DNA from: the human T2T-CHM13v2.0 reference genome, Homo sapiens
Strand: one strand, 5' to 3'
Assembly: GCF_009914755.1 (NCBI RefSeq)
Contig: NC_060937.1
Length of the DNA: 64,000 bases
The notes beneath the pieces were generated by a model that did not search any database, was not told the origin of the DNA, and saw nothing but the letters and a program-made list of their open reading frames with translations. The position numbers and the translations under genes are program-made. Below, piece after piece: positions 55,704 to 64,000 of this stretch. Positions within the stretch are counted from its first letter, which is position 1. Every line of letters begins with the position of its first letter.

Positions 55704-55820
55704 CTATATATGGAATGATATTATTATCATTCCATGTTGCAGAGAGGTTGAGTAACTTGCCTAAGAATTCTGGAGAGTCAGAATTTGCACCTCAGCTGTC
55801 ATGCTTCGGATGCTGTGTTC
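55350..55820 (-). mobile_element. MIR SINE split by a 241-nt insertion (55479-55719)
   Basis: CCAACATTTATTCAACCCTTACTATGGGCCAGGCA...AACCCTACGAGGTAG...ATTATCATTCCATGTTGCA|GAGAGGTTGAGTAACTTGCCTAAG. Confidence 0.8.
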
Positions 55821-58800
55821 TTAATTATGGCTCAAGACTCTGCATGAGGAACTTTGGTTGCTGGTCCTTCAAATTGTTGTGATCCAGATATGTCCAAGCA
55901 ATTTGCTTCTAAAACAACTATGAATACTAAATGCATAACACAAATCATACATTATCTAAATTAATTGTTAAATGTATGTTTTTTGGAAATTAATGGCCAG
56001 CCAGGGTCATTTGGTCATTTTTGACTCTGCCCCATTTCTTTTTCCCTTTACTATTGTTAAGAGCTATTGTTGGAGAAAAATGCTTGGGAAAGCTCATGGG
56101 TTGGATGGTGAGACCTTGTGAACATTTCAACAATGAAAAACAGTCACCAAATTGTTAAGCCATAGAGAAGAAAAAAACTTTCATTTCCTAAGATGGAGGG
56201 GGAAGAAAATAAGAAAAAAGGTCGGTGGGAAGTAAGAGCAGTTAGGAAGATGTGAGGCTGGGAGACCAGATGAGGTACAAGCTGGAGAAGGGGTAAAGAA
56301 AGGAATTCCAAAACCCATGTTTGTCAGGGAAATTTTGAGAAAAAAGGGTGTCTGAAAGATGGAATTTAAAATTTGAGCTATGCCACATCCTTCTTTTCTG
56401 AAATCTTGAATACAATCTCCATTGCTCATAAAGGTCAGTGTGAGTAAAATTTTTTAAATAAGGTAATGTTTGTTTTAAGTTTTTGAAATCAGTGAAAGGT
56501 ATGTTTTCACAATTCAATTGCCACCATGAAACACTGAGACAGACCGTCCATGGGGAAGGAGAGGATGAGGCAGAAGGAGATCATGGGAAGGCTTAACACA
56601 CTCCCACAGCTGTGGAATTGTGGGCTGAAGTCTCATTCAGATTTAGTGGGACGGGATATCCACCAGTCACTTCCACTGACACAGCTGGCATAGTTACAAG
56701 ACCTGATCAGTTGAAGGTGGTTAACGATTTTCTTTTCAGTTACAATCAACTTCCAGACTGTGAGTTTTCCCTTTGCCTGATAATACTGTAATTTTCCTCA
56801 CAAGCCTTTTTCAAGTTGTCATGTCTTTTGGGAGTCTTACGATTACACTCAAATTCTATTAAACTCTGTTTTTACTTGACTATGGTGGAGATATTAATTA
56901 CCGGTTACAAGCAACTTTCACCCACAGCTATCCTGCTATGGCTGAAATCGTGGTGTTCTAATCCCAGATTCTTCTTCTTTTTTTTATAGCACCTGTCAGG
57001 ACTTTTGCATTAGTGTCAGTCATACTAATGCTAAAGCTGTTCTCATTTTTTAGTGAATTCCTTAGAGGTTGAAATTATTACTTTTGATGTCAGTTCTCCT
57101 TCCTTTATTAAAAATTTTCTGTCAGAGACCTAGTCAGAATTGCTAAGGATCTTTTGAGGCTCCATTAGTCTCTCTTCCTTTTAGATCATGTGTTTTCTTT
57201 TTGCATTTCACCCAATAGAAGGGAATTCTAAGCGGCCTCATCCCTTGCACATTTTCGGAGCAGTTGCAGAAAATGCTTTGTGCTGAGGGTCAGGGGCTTA
57301 GAATTAGGTTCTGGCTTTTATTTCTGCATCTACAAAACAGTGGTCAGAACATATGATTCTTAGTGTTCTGGTTGTGGGGCAGCATTTTGTAAACTATAAA
57401 TAGCTGTAAACATTTTTGGATATTATTATAAAAGAAAAAGATATAAAAATGTCAGTCAAAATATTTTCTGGGTTGAAGAAAATAACCTGTTTTTCCTCTT
57501 AAACTCTTTGACGTTAGAAAATGGGTGCAGAGGAAATCTTAGCTGCTTTGGCAAGGGAACTCACCCAGGGTGAAGTCTTTCACTCTTGGTTGCCACTTGG
57601 GAGAAGAATCGTAATTCTGAGTTTTTACTGAGACAATAATGAAAAATAGAGTTGCAAAGCACAGTGATGTGGACCCAGGAAGGCATGAAGAAACACAGCA
57701 GAAGGCGGAACTGACCTTTTTGTTAAAATTAACAGCTTATGATAATTTTCGGCTCTCCCTTATTCTTTGCATGATAAGACATAGATCAGATAGGATTTTA
57801 TTTTATTTAATGTATTGTATAGAACCTCAATACATTTATTTGGAAAGAATATGTTGTTTCAGTAACAAGATTTTTTGTGTCAGAAAATATGTATCTTTTT
57901 GTAAATTGAATGTAAATAGCCATTGTAAGACAGAAATGTTAGTATGTGTAACATGAGTAATCGTATTTATATAGCTTCCCAAATCTTTGAAGTTCACAGA
58001 ATTTTAATAATTAACCTTTCTTTCCACTTATAGGATCTTTTGGCATGCTCAGGTGCTCCGTGAAGTCTACTGTAATATGCTATATGTAAAGTGATTTCCC
58101 GTCTGTTTTGGGAGAATATCTAGCTCTGCATTCGCCACGTACAGGCATGCTCATATTTTCCAGTTTTAGACATAATGAGTAAATGCCACATAGTAGCATT
58201 TGAAATAAATTAACCAAAGAAGACTTAAAGATTGTGTGAATAAATATTCAATAATTGGCTATGAATCATGTACTTGTCACTATGCAAGGTGTATAGAAAC
58301 TCGGTTTCTAACTACTGAATTTGCAATTGAAGAACAAGGGCAAGAATAGATGGTGGATCTGGTAGGGTACATTTTGTGAGTTAAGTTTTCTCTTTTAATT
58401 TTTTCTCCACTTTGTAGAGATGTGAAGACAAGGTGCCTTCTCTTCTGGCCTAAAAGGGAAAATATTTAGACATATGGGTCACAAAAGCCATTTATGCTTA
58501 AAATATTTCCTTAAAGCCATGATTAAATATCTCTGGCGTTACGAGTTCCTGGAAAAACTCAGAGTGTACTCTTCTGATTAGGCCTGGGATGTTGTCCCAG
58601 CCGTCTTGTCTCCTTGCCTCCACCTGGCTGAGGCACATCCTCTGTACAGTATGTGCAGTACTGTTGGACTGCTGTTTCACTACTAATCAGAGTAGGTTGC
58701 ACACGTGGGCTGGCCACAGGGGGCCTGCGCCCATGGTACACTGTTTGAGTGGAGTTTTCCACTCAGTGTTTGGTTTGGCCCGATCTGCGCGATGTCTTGC

Positions 58801-60349
58801 CAAACCTGCAACTCCTGTCAGAAGTCACTCATCCCTGGATGGGAAATACTCCTCACGCTGTTGTCAGCAAACTCTGATCTTTCACTATAAACCTGGCAGG
58901 ATGTCTTTTTGGCCAGACAAAAGTATCGAGAAGACAGATTTTTACTCTGTGAAGAACGTGTCTGCAGTGGATAGTACTTGTACTAGTAAAAGTATTTAGG
59001 GCTGTGGTGTGGGTCAGCTTTATCCACTTAAAAAAACAACAAACTCATAAATGTAGCACTGAGAAGCCCCCCAATTAAAAATAAGAGAGGCAATGACTAT
59101 TCCAGTTGAGTTGCCAAAGTAAAGCGTAAGGTATGGTACAGGATGTTATCTTAGAAACAGAATTTTGTGTTTGGGTTTTCTTCTACAAAGTGATTGTGAG
59201 TTCTTCTACAAAGTGGCACATGGGCATACACATAGCTGTGCCAAGGGTGTAGTGATTTTGGCACAGACGTTCGGGTCTGACTTTCCACAGGTGTGAGAAC
59301 AATGTTCTGGTTTTTATATTTTGTTCCTGTGCCCAGATCTCCCATTCTTTTGATACACTGTGGGTATGACAAGTGAAGTCCACAAATTAAATCAATAGAT
59401 AAATGTTTCCTTTTATCTAGTATTGTACTAGGCATGCAACTTATTATTTTTTAGAAGTTAAGTACACAGATCGTATGTGTACTGCTCCATAAATGTTCAC
59501 AGACTAAACACCCTCATATTCCTACTACCCATGTCAAGAAATGGGACATATATCAGCACCCCAGGATTCTTTCTGTGCCCCTCATTGTCACTACCTGATG
59601 CTCCTTTTCCTGAACAATCTCCATGCATACTTTTGAAGTATATATAAATGAAATTATACAGTCTGTACTTTTTCAGGGTTTGGTTTTGTTCAAAGTTAAG
59701 ATTCTGAGATGCATCCATTTTATTGTAGGTAGCCATAACTTGTTATTTTTTGTCATAGTGTTCTGTTGCATGAGTATGGCAAAATTGTTGGTCTGTTCTG
59801 TTGTGAATGGATAGCTGGGTTGTTTTCAGTTTTGAACTATTGTAACTCAGGCATCTGTGATCATGTGTGTATAGTTTTTGATGAAAATTTATATGTGCAT
59901 TTTTGTTAGCTATAAAAGTAAAAGTAGAATTTCTGGGTCATGAGGTATGTTTATTTTAGCTATAGAAGATATTGTTGAAAGGTTTTCCAAAGCAATCATA
60001 ACACATGCTCCAATCAGCAATATATGAGAGTTCCAGTTTCTCTAGATGCTTACCAACAGTTAGTATTGCTGATAGTTTCAGTTTTACCATTCATAGTTGT
60101 AAAGTGCTTTTTCCTAATGACTAATGAAGTTGTACACTTTTTCGTACGTTTAATGGTCATTTATTTGCATATGAACCAATTCTTTTAAATAATTTGTCAA
60201 GTTTTTTGCCTAGCTTTGTATTGGGATTATCTATTTCTTATTGATTTAATAGTTGTCCTTTGACTGTATAGAATCAAATTCTTTGTTGATTCTCCCATTC
60301 TGTGTCTTTCTAATGTCATAATGGGGTCTTTTGATGAACAGATGATTAG

Positions 60350-60350
<1 letters not shown>

Positions 60351-60381
<31 letters not shown>
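60351..60381. repeat. (TG)15 microsatellite
   Basis: Directly visible. Confidence 0.97.
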
Positions 60382-60383
<2 letters not shown>

Positions 60384-60828
60384 CCTGTTTAAGAGACCTT
60401 TTCCTATACCAAAGTTACAAATATACTTCTCTATATTATCTTCTAGAAGCTTTACTCTTTTATCTTTTATATTTATATCTACAGTCCATGTAGAATTGAT
60501 TTTTGAGTATGAGATGAGGTAGGTGATAAGTTTCATTTTTTTCATATACAAATGAATTGATTCAAAATTTTATGTTGAGATGACCATTCTTCCCCTGTTG
60601 CTCTTCAGCATCACCTGGTCATAAGTCAAGCGTCGGTCTGTGTGTTTCTGAACACTCTATTCTATTCCATTGGTCTATTTAGCTATCTTTTTGCCACTAC
60701 CACATTCTTTTCATGGCTGTGGTTCTATAAGTTATGATTTCCTATATTAAGTAGATTCCCCAAATTTGTTCTTCTTCATTTGAGGGAGGAGGTATTTGCT
60801 TTCCATATAAATGTTAAAATCAGCATGA

Positions 60829-61124
<296 letters not shown>

Positions 61125-61302
61125 AAATTTTTTTTTCAAATAGAACTTGCTGAGGTATTTGTTGGGATTACATTTCATTTGTAGGTCAATTTGGGGAGAA
61201 TAAGAATCTGTGCAATATTGACTTTCAGTCCATGAACATGAATTATCCCTTCATTTACTTTATCTTCCTTAATTTTTCTTAATATAATTTTGCATTTATT
61301 GA

Positions 61303-61640
<338 letters not shown>

Positions 61641-61659
61641 ATTCAGTGTTTTTCGATGA

Positions 61660-62860
61660 TCATCATAGGTAGAGTACTTCAGAAGCTGCTAAGAAAAGGT
61701 TTGGTGAACAGGCTATTTATGAGGGGTCAACACCTGCGGAAGGAAGGAAAAGGAGGCAGGATTGGGAAGATGAAGAAGTCAAACTGCAATGTAAAGGTGA
61801 CAAAGACTCAGCCAACCCAATGAGGTGCTCTAGAGCAAATATAGCTCTTCAGAGAAGACCCTTGATGGGCTGAAATGGTCAGACCTTTATGCTCCTGCAG
61901 CAATCAGTCATTGGGCATGGACTGCCTTGGAAAAGTACACACTCGTGTGAGGTGGCTCTTTGCAGCTGACATCTTTAAGGAGCTCCCAGAGCTCCCAGCC
62001 CCTAGGACAATAAGACCTTCTTTGGAGTGGAATCTAGGTGGTGCATCTCTATGTCCACTATAGTCTACCCTCTGTGGTGTATCCATCACACAAGACCTTT
62101 TATGCTGCTCAAATCCACTTCTTCATGTAATTCAAGCAGTAGCTCCTTCAGGACTCTGGTGGACCTGAACTTAGAAGAGGAAGTTTAGTAGGAAGAACTG
62201 TATCCCCCAACAGTGCAGATGGTGTTGGGCTGGAATTGGTATTCATTGTCTGTGTTAGTCCATTTTTGCATTGCTGTAAAGAAATATCTGAGGGTGGGTA
62301 ACTTATGAAGAAAAGAGGTTTAATTTGCTCACAGTTCTGCAGGTTAGACAAGATGTGTGGTACTGGCATCTGCTTCTGATGAGGCCTCATGAAGCTTACA
62401 ATCATGGCGGAAGGCAAAGGGGGAGCAGGTGCATCAAATGGCAAGAGCAGAAGCAAGAGAAAGAGATGGGGGAGGTGTCACATTTTTTTAAACAACCAGA
62501 TCTCACATGAACTATCAGAGTGAGAACTCACTTGTTACTGTAGGGGCAGCACCAAGACATTCACAAGGGATCCACCACCATGACCCAAACACCTCCTACT
62601 AAGCCTTATCTCCAGCACTGGGAATTACACTTCAACATGAGATTTGGAGGGGACACACATCCAAACCATATCATTGTCTCTTCAACCTCCACTTCCTACC
62701 CCTACTCTCTATTCCAGATTTCCTTCAGTCTCAGCTTATCTTTATAGCTAATCCTGAGGGGTCTGAGATCCTAAATTCCTTGCTGTTTTCAAGCCCAGGT
62801 TTCCATGCCTGTCACAATGTGGTCACAAAACGTTGGTCAACCCCAGGGAAACTTCTAAGC
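61660..62860 (-). mobile_element. LTR16-like ERVL 3' LTR (~61660-62061) plus adjacent internal sequence, interrupted by an MSTB LTR
   Basis: GGAGGCAGGATTGGG...CTCAGCCAACCC...CAGTCATTGG...GGAATCTAGGTGGTGCATC..GTCCACTA, followed by PPT-like GTCTACCCTC. Confidence 0.65.
62251..62673 (-). mobile_element. MaLR solo LTR (MSTB-like)
   Basis: TGTGTTAGTCCATTTTTGCATTGCTG...CATCCAAACCATATCA; perfect TSD TTGTC (62246-62250, 62674-62678). Confidence 0.92.
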
Positions 62861-62909
62861 AAATAAGTCTTATCAGAGTTGCTGCAGTCAACTGATCAGA
62901 GTTGCTGCA

Positions 62910-63631
62910 GTCACTCTGAGCCACTGCTCAGAGCCGATTTACTGAGACAGCAGAACTGCAATAGTAAAAGAGTTTAATAAATGCAGGGCCAGCTGAACAG
63001 AAGACCACAGTTTGTTATTCAAATCAATTTCCCCAGATTTGGAGATTGGGGCTTTTAAAGGATAATTTGGTGGGTGGGGAACCTACAGAATGGAGAATGC
63101 TGATTGATTGGGTCAGGGATAAATCACAGGGGGTCAAAGTGGGATCTTCCTTCTGTCTTCAGTTCCTGGGTGGGATTACAGGACTGGTGGAGCCAGTTTA
63201 TTGGTCGGGTGGCACCGGCTGGTCCAACAGAATGCAGGGTCTTAAGAATGTCTTGAACACCAACCTTAGGTTTTATCATAGTGATGTTATCCACAGGAGC
63301 AATTGCGGAGGTTACAAATCTTGTGGCCTCTGGCTGGATGACTCCTGAGCCATAATTTCTAATCTTGTGGTCAATTTATTGGTTTTACAAAGGCAGTTTT
63401 GGTCCCCAAACAAAGATGGGATTTGTTTTAGGAAGGGGCTGTTATTATCTTTGTTTAAAAGTTAAACTCTTAATTCTTCCTATAGTTAGTTTGGCCTATG
63501 CCTAGGAATGAGTAAGGGCCACTTGGAGGTTAGAAGCAAGATGAAATTGATTAGGTCAGATTTGTTTCACTGTCATAATTTTCCTATGTCAGATTTTTCT
63601 TACAGTCATAATTTTTGCAAAGGCAGTTTCA
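62910..63631 (-). mobile_element. ERV1 LTR (LTR8 family-like)
   Basis: GAGCCGATTTA..GAGACAG...TTTAAAGGATAATTTGGTGGGT...TTTCTAATCTTGTGG...CATAATTTTTGCAAAGGCAGTTTCA. Confidence 0.8.
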
Positions 63632-63737
63632 TTGCCTTCCAGGATGATCAGTTATTGTATGTGAACTGCCTCAGGAAGGGCGTGCTCTTGAGCAAGATGG
63701 CTCTTTGATATTGAGGGAAATCACAAAGGGACTGAGA

Positions 63738-63990
63738 GAGAGGATGAGACCAGAGGACTACTTGAGCCCAGGAGTTCGAGACCAGTCTGGGCAACATAGT
63801 GAGACCTCATCTGTATAAGAAATAAAAAAATTTGGCCAGGCGTGGTGGCACACGCCAGTAGTCTCATCTATTCAGGAAGCTGAGTGGGGAGGATCATTTG
63901 AGCTCAGAAGTTCAAGGCTGCAGTGAGCCGAGATCACGCCACTTCACTCCAGCCTGGATGACAGAGTGAGACCCTGTCTCAAAAAGAAAA
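63738..63990 (+). mobile_element. 5'-truncated Alu (AluJ-like)
   Basis: CTTGAGCCCAGGAGTTCGAGACCAG...AGTTCAAGGCTGCAGTGAGC...GAGACCCTGTCTCAAAAA. Confidence 0.93.
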
Positions 63991-64000
63991 ATAAGTTAAT

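Noticed and set aside
58670-58695. Minus-strand CTGATTAGTAGTGAAAC resembling a hammerhead ribozyme core
   Set aside because: The core requires CUGANGA and a stem II before GAAA; neither is satisfied.
58589-58999. 136-aa ORF in unique sequence
   Set aside because: No recognisable domain; ORFs of this length are expected in a locally GC-richer segment.

Overview
Repeat-dense primate (hominid, most likely human) non-coding DNA. No host protein-coding exon could be supported. The main elements are a full-length young LINE-1 (L1PA2/late L1PA3 type, 13706-19751, inactivated by several point lesions), a full-length SVA (42837-44832) inserted into an old antisense L1MA, about ten Alus, many MaLR/ERVL/ERV1 solo LTRs (including a triple-nested MaLR), a decayed ERVL pro-pol remnant, and MIR/L2/hAT fragments. 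The observations not explained by repeat annotation are: (i) a ~220-bp inverted templated insertion into a MIR, with a 22-bp target duplication and a fold-back junction (54565-55741); (ii) a ~250-nt non-repeat segment unusually dense in nested hairpins (58567-58813); (iii) a 28-nt 5' extension on the SVA that looks like a transduced parental insertion site; (iv) several smaller template-switch scars. Repeat subfamily names come from recalled consensus motifs, not from a database search, and boundaries of old elements are approximate.
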